Source of the DNA: an uncultured Candidatus Saccharibacteria bacterium
Lineage (GTDB): Bacteria; Patescibacteriota; SOKK01
Direction: 5' to 3'
Length of the DNA: 64,000 nucleotides
Assembly (NCBI GenBank): GCA_964518965.1
Contig: CAZFJP010000010.1
Coordinates: forward strand, 30,787 to 94,786
Part shown: positions 8,355-16,924 of the stretch, piece by piece
Layout of the letters: every line of letters begins with the position of its first letter
Numbering within the stretch: position 1 is the first letter of the stretch
Made by a program: the position numbers and the translations under genes
The notes under the pieces: generated by a model
The model's database searches: none
Told to the model about the DNA's origin: nothing
The model's input: the letters and a program-made list of their open reading frames with translations, nothing else

Positions 8355-9137
8355 ATGGATCGTGGTCATCTTAAAGCGATTATCCTAGCGACTGTAATTA
8401 CCGCAGGAATGGAGTCTTTGTTGTTCTATGAGCATTTTTGGCAGGAGATACTGGCAGTTTTGGGGTTTGTTGTCTTGTTGGGAAGTTTATGGGTTTTGCA
8501 TTTTGATCTACGCCAAAAAGTTACCCGATCGTCTTATACTTATTTTTTAATTCGGACGCTGTTACTCTTGGGGAGTGGCGTAGTGTTTGTTACTTTTCTA
8601 CAGGGTTTTGCTTTTCGTCAGGGATTAATAGTTATTCTTGCCATTTCCTTTTTTATTCTTTTTCGTGCTTTCAATGCTTTTATTCGCAAAGGTTTTCGTT
8701 TTGCTCCGGTTTCGCGGAATAATTTAAGTTTAATTACTTTCTTCACAGCATTTTTGAGTTATGCGATTATTTTTGGCGGTTATCTTTATTTTTCTTGGCC
8801 TGGTTACTTACTAATGATTTTAGTTGCCTTTGTTTCCTTTTTAATTTTCAATCAATCTTTTTGGCAGCATGATTTATTTCAGCCTCGGCGTTGGGTTTAT
8901 ATTTTAGGAGCATCATTTTTATTGGGTGAGGTAGCATGGGTGATGAGTTACACACCGATCAATTATTTAGCTGGAGGTTTGGTATTTTTGGTAGTTTATT
9001 ATGTATTGTGGGGTTTGACGCAACATTACTTTGAGGAAGTTTTGACAAGGCGTTTAGTTTTGGAACATGTGATTATTGCATTTATTGCCCTAGCGCTAGT
9101 GTTGAGTACCGCAAGGTGGTTGCCAATTTCCTCTTAA
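8355..9137 (+). CDS. Polytopic membrane protein, function unknown
   Basis: 260 aa with at least 7 hydrophobic segments. No motif recognised. Confidence 0.45.
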   Translation: MDRGHLKAIILATVITAGMESLLFYEHFWQEILAVLGFVVLLGSLWVLHFDLRQKVTRSSYTYFLIRTLLLLGSGVVFVTFLQGFAFRQGLIVILAISFFILFRAFNAFIRKGFRFAPVSRNNLSLITFFTAFLSYAIIFGGYLYFSWPGYLLMILVAFVSFLIFNQSFWQHDLFQPRRWVYILGASFLLGEVAWVMSYTPINYLAGGLVFLVVYYVLWGLTQHYFEEVLTRRLVLEHVIIAFIALALVLSTARWLPISS

Positions 9138-9317
9138 AAAAGCCAACTGTGGATTATTTGACTTGATATCCCTTGCATTTAAGGTTTTTTTTGTTATAAT
9201 AAAGCCGTGTTAGAGATGAGTTTGAAAACCCTTGGTACAAAAAGATAAATTGTTCTGTATTGGTAGCAAAAATCGTTAGTTAATCATAATTTTCCCACGG
9301 GAAGGGGGTGAAAATTA

Positions 9318-9590
9318 ATGACAAAAAGCGACTTAATCGAGAGCATTGCCAAAGAGGTTGGTGTTCCCAAAGCAAAAGCGGAGAAAATGGTCAATGTTTT
9401 TATTGAGCACATTCGCTCTACGCTTTCCTCTGGTGGCAAAGTTACCGTTACTGGTTTCGGTACTTTTACTGTTAGCCATCGTGCTGCTCGCAGCGGGAGA
9501 AATCCGCAGACTGGTGAAACGATTCAGATTCCTGCGGTTAATGTTCCGCACTTCAAGGCGGGTAAAGCTTTCAAGGAAGCGGTCCGCTAA
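9318..9590 (+). CDS. hup: DNA-binding protein HU
   Basis: 90 aa (MTKSDLIESIAKEVGVPKAKAEK...GFGTFTVSHRAARSGRNPQTGETIQIPA). RBS gggaaggggg upstream and a TGtTATAAT promoter at about 9185. Confidence 0.9.
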   Translation: MTKSDLIESIAKEVGVPKAKAEKMVNVFIEHIRSTLSSGGKVTVTGFGTFTVSHRAARSGRNPQTGETIQIPAVNVPHFKAGKAFKEAVR

Positions 9591-9886
9591 TTTTTTCTTT
9601 TTCTTAAGGAAAGAGAAGAAACCAATAACAAGACTCCTTTTTTCGGGTTTCCGGAGGGAGTTTTGTTTACCTGCCAAACTTTCATAAATGGTATTAATCA
9701 AAAATTAATTCAAATTGATATTTTCTGATATCTATTAACTCTTGATTCAAATTGTTGATGAAAGTTAGGTGGGTAGCTCTTGATTTCTTTTCCGGAATAT
9801 GCTATAAGTATAATTGGTCGTGCAACTGTGCGTTCTTTTTTATTTTATTAATTTTTAGATGTTTTCCAATCCAAGGAGGAGGATGG

Positions 9887-10315
9887 ATGACATTATTCAT
9901 CCGCAATTTTGTAAACAGGAAATGGATTCAGCGGCTTCGCCGTCGCAATCTTTCCTGTTACCGGGCTTTCAGGATGGGCCAACGCTCAATTATTTTAGCG
10001 TTAAGGTCCCATCTGCTAACCTATTGTACAGTTGAAGTTGAAAACCTTCCTGAACCGGAAGAGTTAAGGAGAATTCTTTTGGCGGAGGCAGATTTCCTAC
10101 TGCCTTTGCCGACCGGTGCTGATTCTATTAAGAAGGCATATCGGGATGGTCAAGAAGATGCGCTGGCTCAAGTGTTAATTTTGAGCATGGCGTATTATTT
10201 CTATCCCGATCGACTCGGTCAAGGATTGTCCTTGCCCTCTATAAGGGAAGGCTTTCGGGAACGAGCTTGTGCTCGTTTTCATCTTCCTTTTCGTCAACTT
10301 GTGATAGAGAAGTAG
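9887..10315 (+). CDS. Hypothetical Arg-rich protein with GC elevated to about 47%
   Basis: ATG at 9887 has a strong RBS (aaggaggagg). TTGATT-17-TATAAG promoter at about 9790-9825. No family recognised. Confidence 0.45.
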   Translation: MTLFIRNFVNRKWIQRLRRRNLSCYRAFRMGQRSIILALRSHLLTYCTVEVENLPEPEELRRILLAEADFLLPLPTGADSIKKAYRDGQEDALAQVLILSMAYYFYPDRLGQGLSLPSIREGFRERACARFHLPFRQLVIEK

Positions 10316-10332
10316 TCGTGTCGTTTTTAATT

Positions 10333-10370
10333 ATCCCCTGTGGGTAGTTTTTTAACAGGGGATTTTTTTA
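10333..10370 (+). terminator. Rho-independent terminator (9-bp perfect stem atcccctgt/acaggggat plus T7)
   Basis: atcccctgtgggtagttttttaacaggggattttttt. Confidence 0.6.
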
Positions 10371-10545
10371 TTTATTCCAAAAACAGAGTATAATAAAGAT
10401 GGTTTTGAAGTATAGCCCATTTTTTCAAATATGACTTTTTACCAAAAAAGATGGATTGTCTCCAGTACAAGTTCCCGGCAAGAGTCTAAGATATAGGGAT
10501 CTAAGAAAGGTAATTCGTTCTATCTACCTTTACCAAGTTGTTTCT

Positions 10546-10622
10546 CGGGGATTGGCCTAGTGGACTATGGCGCGCGCTTTGGGAGCGCGAGGTCGTGAGT
10601 TCGAATCTCACATCCCCGACCA
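10546..10622 (+). tRNA. tRNA-Pro (anticodon UGG), CCA encoded
   Basis: CGGGGATTGGCCTAGTGGACTATGGCGCGCGCTTTGGGAGCGCGAGGTCGTGAGTTCGAATCTCACATCCCCGACCA folds as a cloverleaf. Confidence 0.9.
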
Positions 10623-10681
10623 ATTAAATGCCTCTCAATTTTCACAATATCTTAATTCCGGCCAATTTTTATTCCTCTTCA

Positions 10682-10960
10682 ATGAAAAAACAATCGCGCT
10701 CCTGGTCTGATTACGTTACTAAGCATAGTAGGGCTTTAAGTTTGGAAAAGGGAATTTTTACTTGGAGAAACCCGCATCGCATTGCGCTTTCTTTGAAAAG
10801 ATCAGCGGGACGAAGTTTATGCCGCAAAGGAACACCGTTTCAGTCAGCAATGTCAATGTTGAATTTTTATATCAACCGTGCGGGCAGGAAACTAAATACT
10901 CAGCAGAGAAGTATTTTAGAGAAAGCAAAGAAAGAGTTGCAGGGGGTGTTCCGAAAGTAA
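10682..10960 (+). CDS. Small basic protein, probably DUF3175 family
   Basis: SWSDYVTKHSRALSLEKGIFTWRNPHRIALSLKRSAGRS...PFQSAMSMLNFYINRAGRKL resembles DUF3175 as I recall it. Start was taken at ATG 10682 (MKKQSRSW). GC about 45%. Confidence 0.45.
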   Translation: MKKQSRSWSDYVTKHSRALSLEKGIFTWRNPHRIALSLKRSAGRSLCRKGTPFQSAMSMLNFYINRAGRKLNTQQRSILEKAKKELQGVFRK

Positions 10961-11114
10961 TCTCTAACTTTTCAAAGAATTATGGTATAATAACAACGGT
11001 TGAGGGTAGGGGGAATTTTATCCAGTTTTCTTGTTTGTTTAGGTTTAAATCACTATGGTTATTCCCTTTATCCCAGAGGATTTTAAAATCTTCTAGATTA
11101 GAAGGAGGATTATT

Positions 11115-11840
11115 ATGGAGCCAACAAAACTAAAACTTCCTGCTAAAAGTGGGTCTACCTCTGGTGGGAAGGCAATTGAAAAGAAGGAACGTAAGCCGGT
11201 GGGATTGATGATTTTAGTCATCATTCTTACTTTAATCATCGGCGGTGGAGTATTAGGTTACGGTGCTTACTATTATGCTTACAAAAAGGAAAGTAAAGAT
11301 AAATTAGAGTTGCAAAGACAAGTAGACAGTTTAAAAAGTCGGTTGACAAAATTAAAAAAAGATTTGAAAACTTGGCAAGAGAGAGAAAAAGAAATCTGTC
11401 CGATAGCTTTGACGGATGAAGAGAAAGCGACGATTGAAGGTTGGAAAACTTATACCAACAATCATTACCGATTTACTTTCCGCTACCCGGTTAGTTTTCG
11501 TCTTACTACCAACGAGGATGATCGACTCTCAATGGTGAGCAATGAAGATGGGGCAACATTTGAGTTCTTAAGTCGTGATTCTTCGGTCAGGGGTTATGAG
11601 GGCTATAAAACGATTTCTGAGAAGAGTATTCAAATTGATTGTGTAAGAAGCACTCGAGTTTATATTAAAGGCGATCGGAATTGGGGAGGAGATGTAAATT
11701 CTCGTATTATTTACGCTCAATTTACCAAGAGCAATATTCCCCATCTTATTGTTTTATCCTTTGTGACTCGCGGTGCTTCCTTTGATTCTGACATGGTTGA
11801 GTTATTTGAATTGATTGCAAAAACTATTGATTTTAAATAA
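11115..11840 (+). CDS. Membrane-anchored surface protein, paralog family member 1 (N-terminal TM, coiled coil, C-terminal WKTYTN-motif domain)
   Basis: TM LMILVIILTLIIGGGVLGYGAYYY. Coiled coil KDKLELQRQVDSLKSRLTKLKKDL. C-terminal domain begins EGWKTYTNNHYRFTFRYPVSF. Confidence 0.55.
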   Translation: MEPTKLKLPAKSGSTSGGKAIEKKERKPVGLMILVIILTLIIGGGVLGYGAYYYAYKKESKDKLELQRQVDSLKSRLTKLKKDLKTWQEREKEICPIALTDEEKATIEGWKTYTNNHYRFTFRYPVSFRLTTNEDDRLSMVSNEDGATFEFLSRDSSVRGYEGYKTISEKSIQIDCVRSTRVYIKGDRNWGGDVNSRIIYAQFTKSNIPHLIVLSFVTRGASFDSDMVELFELIAKTIDFK

Positions 11841-11858
11841 TAATAAAAAGGAGAACTT

Positions 11859-12587
11859 ATGAAAAAAATTTGGTTAATTATTTTAGTCGCAGCGGTTACT
11901 CTTGTTATCGGAGGGGGGGGAATAGCAGGATCATCGTACTTTTATTTTAATCACAAAGCTGCGCAAAAAAATGCTGATTTAAGTAAACAAGTTGATGATT
12001 TAACTTCTCAAGTAAAAGAGCTGAAGAAACAAATTGCTGCGGCAAAGAAGGATGTCGAAGAGGCAGAAAAAGAGACAACGAAGGTAGCGACATTAGATCC
12101 TACCGCTGGTTGGAAAACCTATACTAATAAAAAGTACAGCTATATCTTTAAATATCCACCGGAATATATTCTTGCTAAAAACAACAGCAAGAAAAATTCC
12201 TTAGCAGAGGATGCAAGCGGCAATGTTTCTCTTCAAGGAGATCTTTCTAAGAAAGGTTGGCCTTTAATTGATATTGTTCATTATAATAGTGACTTGTTTA
12301 GTATTCCTACTGGTGCCGATCTTTTAACTTGGTTGAAAAATCATACTGATACTTCTTTAAAAAATACTCTTCCAAATAGTTACAATTACACAATTAAAAC
12401 AACTAGCGGTAAAACTATTAAAGCGGTAAAGGCCTATAGTTCCCAAAGTCCGCAGGCCTATTCTCGACATGAGATTTATTTTGTCCACAGAGGGAAAATG
12501 CTGCGGATTACCATGTTAGATGTGACCCCATCTGGTGCAAAGAATTTTTATAATAATTTTCTATCTACTTTTAGAGCGATTGATTAG
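11859..12587 (+). CDS. Membrane-anchored surface protein, paralog family member 2
   Basis: Same architecture as the previous gene. C-terminal domain begins AGWKTYTNKKYSYIFKYPPEY. The two genes are in tandem. Confidence 0.55.
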   Translation: MKKIWLIILVAAVTLVIGGGGIAGSSYFYFNHKAAQKNADLSKQVDDLTSQVKELKKQIAAAKKDVEEAEKETTKVATLDPTAGWKTYTNKKYSYIFKYPPEYILAKNNSKKNSLAEDASGNVSLQGDLSKKGWPLIDIVHYNSDLFSIPTGADLLTWLKNHTDTSLKNTLPNSYNYTIKTTSGKTIKAVKAYSSQSPQAYSRHEIYFVHRGKMLRITMLDVTPSGAKNFYNNFLSTFRAID

Positions 12588-13519
12588 TGACTAAATTATT
12601 TAAAATCTTTTTACTTGTTGGTGGTGCTGTTGTTCTTACTTTCGGGATTGCTTTTGGTAGTTACGCTGTCGTGAAACACTTTCAAAAGAAGAATGGAGAG
12701 AAGCAAGAACAAAAACAAACGGCGCAAAAAAGTAATCGTCAGGAAAAATCAAAGACAGTAGCGAGAAAAAAACCTGCCTACACATTAGTTTCTTATGCTG
12801 GCATTGTTTTTGGTGCGAAGGTCCCAAGAGGTTGGCAGATTACTGATAATGAAAGTGGCATTGATATCATGAATCCTTCCGATAAGCAAATGGGTGCTAG
12901 TGGGGCAGTTGCAGTTGGTTGGTTTGGAACAGCGACTCCGGACAGTTTTATTGACTTTATGATTAAAGCAATCGGTGGTCATAATGTAAAATATCTGAAT
13001 GTTTCTGTTAAGGAAACAGTTAAAGATCCCTACACTGGGCTTAGGTGGGTAATGCGTACGAAAACTTTTCTTTTTACCAATAAAGAGGGAAAAAGAATTA
13101 AAGCGAAGGCATCGGCGGGAGTTTTGAACGGCTATGGACAGTTTAGCGGAATGATTGTTGCATTTCAATCAACACCGGATAAGTGGAGTAAGTGGGCGCC
13201 GACATTGGAACGTGTCGCCCAATCAATTACGATTATCAACCCGAGTAAAGCCGGAGGGATTGATAAGGTTCGTTTGCCAACGGCAGCGGATTTGGCTAAT
13301 GATTCCTCGCCACTGATGGAAGCATGGGAATATCGCAATCAGGTACAGGAAAAAACTTCTCATGAATTTTCCGATGCCATTATGGGACAAGAATCAGGCT
13401 TATATTCTCCTTCAACGGGAAGATCCTATATACTTCCTTTGACTGCCTACGATCCTACTATTGGCGGCTATCGTAATCCTGATAAACCGTCAGAAATTTT
13501 AAGGGATCGCTATCGGTAA
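12587..13519 (+). CDS. Membrane-anchored hypothetical protein (N-terminal TM, Lys-rich linker, 240-aa extracytoplasmic domain)
   Basis: GTG start overlaps the upstream stop codon by 1 nt, suggesting translational coupling. No motif recognised. Confidence 0.5.
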   Translation: MTKLFKIFLLVGGAVVLTFGIAFGSYAVVKHFQKKNGEKQEQKQTAQKSNRQEKSKTVARKKPAYTLVSYAGIVFGAKVPRGWQITDNESGIDIMNPSDKQMGASGAVAVGWFGTATPDSFIDFMIKAIGGHNVKYLNVSVKETVKDPYTGLRWVMRTKTFLFTNKEGKRIKAKASAGVLNGYGQFSGMIVAFQSTPDKWSKWAPTLERVAQSITIINPSKAGGIDKVRLPTAADLANDSSPLMEAWEYRNQVQEKTSHEFSDAIMGQESGLYSPSTGRSYILPLTAYDPTIGGYRNPDKPSEILRDRYR

Positions 13520-13534
13520 TTTTATTATTTTTTA

Positions 13535-14344
13535 ATGTCACAAACTATGAGAAAAATTTTTGTTATCTTACTTGTTGGATTTTTAATTGTTCTTCTTGGA
13601 GGTGGAACAGTAGCTGGTTATGGTTTTTATCGTGCTTCATTGGTTAAAAGCTATGCTCGTGAAGCGAAGAGAATTATGGAAGAGAGTAATCAAGTTTGGA
13701 GTCAAAAGAAATTAGAGAATACTAATTACACGGAGGAAGAAATTAAAGAGCAGGTGAGATTGATTAGATCGGATAGTGAGAAGCGCTTGAATGAACTAGC
13801 TCAATTGCGGGCTGTTAGAGACGTTAGTGATTTAAAAAGATGGAGTGAAGATTATTTTACTACTGCGAGGGAAATAGCAATTCAATTTGAGAAAGTTTTT
13901 GATTATCTTGATGCTTTGAAAAATGTTGAAGATAGCTTGCGTTCTTTGAGTGGATCAACAAGTGGTTTTGATGAGTTTGCGAGTAAATTCGGTGCTTTTC
14001 ACAAGCGGCTCAATAGTTCATTGACTAAGTTGAAAGAAACTGCTGCGCCAGTTGGTTTTGAGAATTTTCATCAGAGTTTTGTAAAGTACTTGGATAATTT
14101 GGATCAACTAATTGTTGATGCAGTGGACGCGGCCAAAAAACATGATGCTAATAAGCTGAATACTTTTGGGCCGGAGTTTGACAAGTTAATTAAAACAGGC
14201 GAATCAATTAAACCGCCTGCCGAAGACCAAACTTTTGAGAAAATTGCGACTAGAGAAAATAAAGATATATTAAGAGAGTATCCTGACAAGGTGAAGAGAG
14301 AAGCTGATCTTTTACTTAAAACTAGATTCAGTTTTAATTTCTAA
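13535..14344 (+). CDS. Membrane-anchored, mostly helical hypothetical protein
   Basis: N-terminal TM ILLVGFLIVLLGGGTVAGYGFY. The rest is rich in predicted helices. Confidence 0.5.
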   Translation: MSQTMRKIFVILLVGFLIVLLGGGTVAGYGFYRASLVKSYAREAKRIMEESNQVWSQKKLENTNYTEEEIKEQVRLIRSDSEKRLNELAQLRAVRDVSDLKRWSEDYFTTAREIAIQFEKVFDYLDALKNVEDSLRSLSGSTSGFDEFASKFGAFHKRLNSSLTKLKETAAPVGFENFHQSFVKYLDNLDQLIVDAVDAAKKHDANKLNTFGPEFDKLIKTGESIKPPAEDQTFEKIATRENKDILREYPDKVKREADLLLKTRFSFNF

Positions 14345-14346
14345 AT

Positions 14347-15522
14347 ATGAATAAAATTCTCAAATGGCTTGTTATTCCACTTATTGTTGTAATCATTGCT
14401 TTTGCAGGTTACTTTCTTTATCAGAAGTTTATCAAGGCAAAACAGACTCCAGCAGGAATTACTAAAACTCAAAGCAAAATTCAATTGACTATTCCGGAGA
14501 AGATCCTTAATAACAAGTTTGGTTTTCTTTCTGGTGGAGTAAAAGATATTAAAACAATTAAAGAGTATGGTGCTGCTTGGGTAAGACCACACCCGGGACC
14601 GTTTCTTTGGGATGCGATGCAGGATAATAAAGATAGTCAAATTGATTTCGTCAATAGTGATGAAGTAGTAACCCGTTACTCGGAAAATGAGCTGGGAATT
14701 GTAGCAACAATCTGGCCGTTTGCGGAATGGGATCAAAAGAATCATCCTAACTATGCGGCTTGCCGAGTAAGTGATAACGATGAGTTTTTACCCAAGAACG
14801 ATAAGAAGGGTCGTGGTGATTATTTGCCTTATCATCGCGGGAATCCTTATGACTGGGCGAGTTATCAAAACTGGGTGATGGAAGTAGTAGAACGTTATGA
14901 TGGAGATGGTAACGAAGATATGCCAAATTTAAAGATCCCAATTAAGTATTGGGAGGTAATGAATGAACCAGATCTGGAGAGTCCTGAGGGAGATCAAGGT
15001 AGCCGTTTGGATTTTTATAAGGGTGATGCCAGTGATTATGCACAATTGTTGATTAAGACCAGCGAAGCAATTCGTAAGGCTGACTCTGAAGCAGAGATTT
15101 TAATTGCTGGCGCTGCGGGAGGTAATAATACTTTCTTGGATTTTTATCGTTCCGTTTTTAAAAATAAGAAAGCTATTGCGGCATTTGATATTGGTAATGT
15201 CCATTGTATTTCAAATGATAGTTATGATTCGTTTAATGTTGAACCTTATAAGAAAATGTTGGCGGAGTTTGGAGTCAAGAAACCGATTTGGGTGACAGAA
15301 GCGGAGGCGTTTATTTATCAGGATGCCGGTTCTAATGCAACACAAACATTTAATAGTGTAAGGAAAGCACTTTCGTTGGGTGCGCAACGAATTTTCTTCA
15401 CCCGCTATGAGTTTAAGCAAAAAGGGGAAGGTGTAAAACCGCCGCTTTATTCCGCACCGATTAAGATAACCATAAAAGGGGAAGACCCCAGAGCGGCTTA
15501 TCAGAAAATCATTGGTCAATAG
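14347..15522 (+). CDS. Membrane-anchored glycoside hydrolase, clan GH-A (GH5-like TIM barrel)
   Basis: YWEVMNEPD (candidate acid/base NEP motif) and IWVTEAEAF (candidate nucleophile Glu) are spaced as in GH5/GH39-type enzymes. N-terminal TM. Confidence 0.5.
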   Translation: MNKILKWLVIPLIVVIIAFAGYFLYQKFIKAKQTPAGITKTQSKIQLTIPEKILNNKFGFLSGGVKDIKTIKEYGAAWVRPHPGPFLWDAMQDNKDSQIDFVNSDEVVTRYSENELGIVATIWPFAEWDQKNHPNYAACRVSDNDEFLPKNDKKGRGDYLPYHRGNPYDWASYQNWVMEVVERYDGDGNEDMPNLKIPIKYWEVMNEPDLESPEGDQGSRLDFYKGDASDYAQLLIKTSEAIRKADSEAEILIAGAAGGNNTFLDFYRSVFKNKKAIAAFDIGNVHCISNDSYDSFNVEPYKKMLAEFGVKKPIWVTEAEAFIYQDAGSNATQTFNSVRKALSLGAQRIFFTRYEFKQKGEGVKPPLYSAPIKITIKGEDPRAAYQKIIGQ

Positions 15523-15567
15523 TACTTAATTTGCTATAACTAGTTTACTTTTTAATTAAAAGAGAAG

Positions 15568-16311
15568 ATGAAGCTCAAGTTATTTCTCCATAGTTTTCTA
15601 ACAGTAATGATTGCCGCAGGGTTAGTGATGATTTTTCTACCTCAAAAAGTACTTGCCGATGATGATGACTTGCATGTAAAAGTGGAGGCTTCAACTGATG
15701 GTGGCAATACTTGGCACACTTATGATGGCACTGAATTTAAAGATGGTGAGAGTGTTGCATTGAAACCAGGTGGTTGGTTCAAGTTTCGGGTTAAGCTGTG
15801 GAATACTTACACTAAAGACATGACTGACATTAGGGGTTATTTAGTGTTTTATTTGAATCAAAGCAAGTGGGTTTTTGAACCCTTGAGTATGTCACAAATT
15901 GATTTGGACACCGATGGTAATGGTCGTTCTTATTATGGAATACTTGCGGAGATTTCTAATTTGGCTACTCCGGTAGGGGGAATGATTAGTCAGTTGGATG
16001 CCAATGGGACTGAAGAAACAGCAGAAATTTGTGAGTTTAGTATGCAAGTTAAGCCAGAGGATGAGCTACCTCCAGGAGAGATAGTGGTCCGAGGAGTTGC
16101 AAAAGTGTTATCTTACGAACAATCAAGAGCCGGCGAGATTTCAGTGAAAACTGCAATTGATGTTAACCTCTACTCGAGTTTTAGAGGTGTCTTAAATGTT
16201 ACTACTAGTGAAGAATTGGTTGCATCAGGAATAAATTTTCCCCTCTTGTTTCTAATTCCGTTTTTTCTCAGTATTTTAGGTTGGTTTGCTTTTCGTAAAT
16301 TTACTGCTTAA
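15568..16311 (+). CDS. Secreted protein with signal peptide and C-terminal TM anchor with basic tail
   Basis: Signal peptide MKLKLFLHSFLTVMIAAGLVMIFLPQKVLA. C-terminal INFPLLFLIPFFLSILGWFAFRKFTA. Confidence 0.5.
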   Translation: MKLKLFLHSFLTVMIAAGLVMIFLPQKVLADDDDLHVKVEASTDGGNTWHTYDGTEFKDGESVALKPGGWFKFRVKLWNTYTKDMTDIRGYLVFYLNQSKWVFEPLSMSQIDLDTDGNGRSYYGILAEISNLATPVGGMISQLDANGTEETAEICEFSMQVKPEDELPPGEIVVRGVAKVLSYEQSRAGEISVKTAIDVNLYSSFRGVLNVTTSEELVASGINFPLLFLIPFFLSILGWFAFRKFTA

Positions 16312-16340
16312 AAAATATTAGAAATGTTAACAGGGGAAAA

Positions 16341-16368
16341 AGCTTTCTATTTAGAAAGTAACTTTTTG
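16341..16368 (+). terminator. Rho-independent terminator (ctttct/agaaag plus T-tract)
   Basis: agctttctatttagaaagtaactttttgg. Confidence 0.4.
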
Positions 16369-16410
16369 GTTACACTCAATGCTTTATGAGAGTTTCTAGG
16401 AAATTTATCT

Positions 16411-16424
16411 TCCGAGATCTCGGA
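16411..16424. promoter_or_regulatory. 14-bp perfect palindrome TCCGAGATCTCGGA, 15 nt upstream of tRNA-Gly
   Basis: Seen directly in sequence. A GC-rich perfect palindrome is unusual in this AT-rich spacer. Confidence 0.25.
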
Positions 16425-16438
16425 CAAGCAAGATGCAG

Positions 16439-16513
16439 GCGGGATTAGTATAATGGCTAGTATGTCAGCTTTCCAAGCTGAAGATGCCGGTTCGATTCCG
16501 GTATCCCGCTCCA
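16439..16513 (+). tRNA. tRNA-Gly (anticodon UCC), CCA encoded
   Basis: GCGGGATTAGTATAATGGCTAGTATGTCAGCTTTCCAAGCTGAAGATGCCGGTTCGATTCCGGTATCCCGCTCCA folds as a cloverleaf. Confidence 0.9.
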
Positions 16514-16636
16514 TCCGCCCAAACTTCATCATGAAGCTAAATCAAGACTTACTAGAACTGATAATTTTTTGAGTTTAGAATGTCTTGATTGGTATTGAAG
16601 CACCTGTTGTGATTTTTAAAATTAAAAGGAGGGACT

Positions 16637-16900
16637 ATGTACTTTGTTTACATCCTAGGAAGTTTTAAGGATAGTAAACTGTATATCGGTTTTACTTCAA
16701 GAGGTTTGAATCGTCTTGAAGAACATTTAAATTGAGAGGTAGAATCGACGAAATTCAGAAGGCCATTGAGATTAATTTGTTATGAAGCTTACCTGAAGCT
16801 TACCTATTGATGATTGGTGCACAAAATCGGGAGAAGTTTTTTAGATCGGGATGGGGAAGAGCTTATATTAATAAAAATCTGAAGCACACTTTAAGACTAC
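16637..16900 (+). pseudogene. Degraded GIY-YIG (COG2827-like, about 90-aa) nuclease gene beside tRNA-Gly
   Basis: MYFVYILGSFKDSKLYIGFTSRGLNRLEEHLN, then an in-frame TGA, then EVESTKFRRPLRLICYEAY (GIY-YIG core continues in the same frame), then a frameshift into KFFRSGWGRAYINKNLK. Confidence 0.45.
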
Positions 16901-16924
16901 TCGCTAAGCTTAGAGAGAATAATC

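Noticed and set aside
9333-9701. ORFs 9333-9701 (minus strand) and 9346-9687 (plus strand) overlapping hup
   Set aside because: The HU reading frame is unambiguous. The alternatives are Arg/Lys-rich frame artefacts.
10762-11133. ORF 10762-11133 (123 aa) overlapping the DUF3175-like gene in another frame
   Set aside because: It has no RBS, its translation lacks recognisable features, and it overlaps a better-supported gene and the downstream promoter.
16347-16532. Minus-strand ORF overlapping tRNA-Gly
   Set aside because: It is entirely antisense to a confidently folded tRNA and its flanking palindrome.
16637-16735. Possibility that the in-frame TGA in the GIY-YIG gene indicates TGA-to-Gly recoding, as in Gracilibacteria/SR1-type CPR
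   Set aside because: Many well-defined genes here (for example lysS at 31732) terminate at TGA with correct lengths. A frameshift also follows, so a pseudogene is the simpler explanation.
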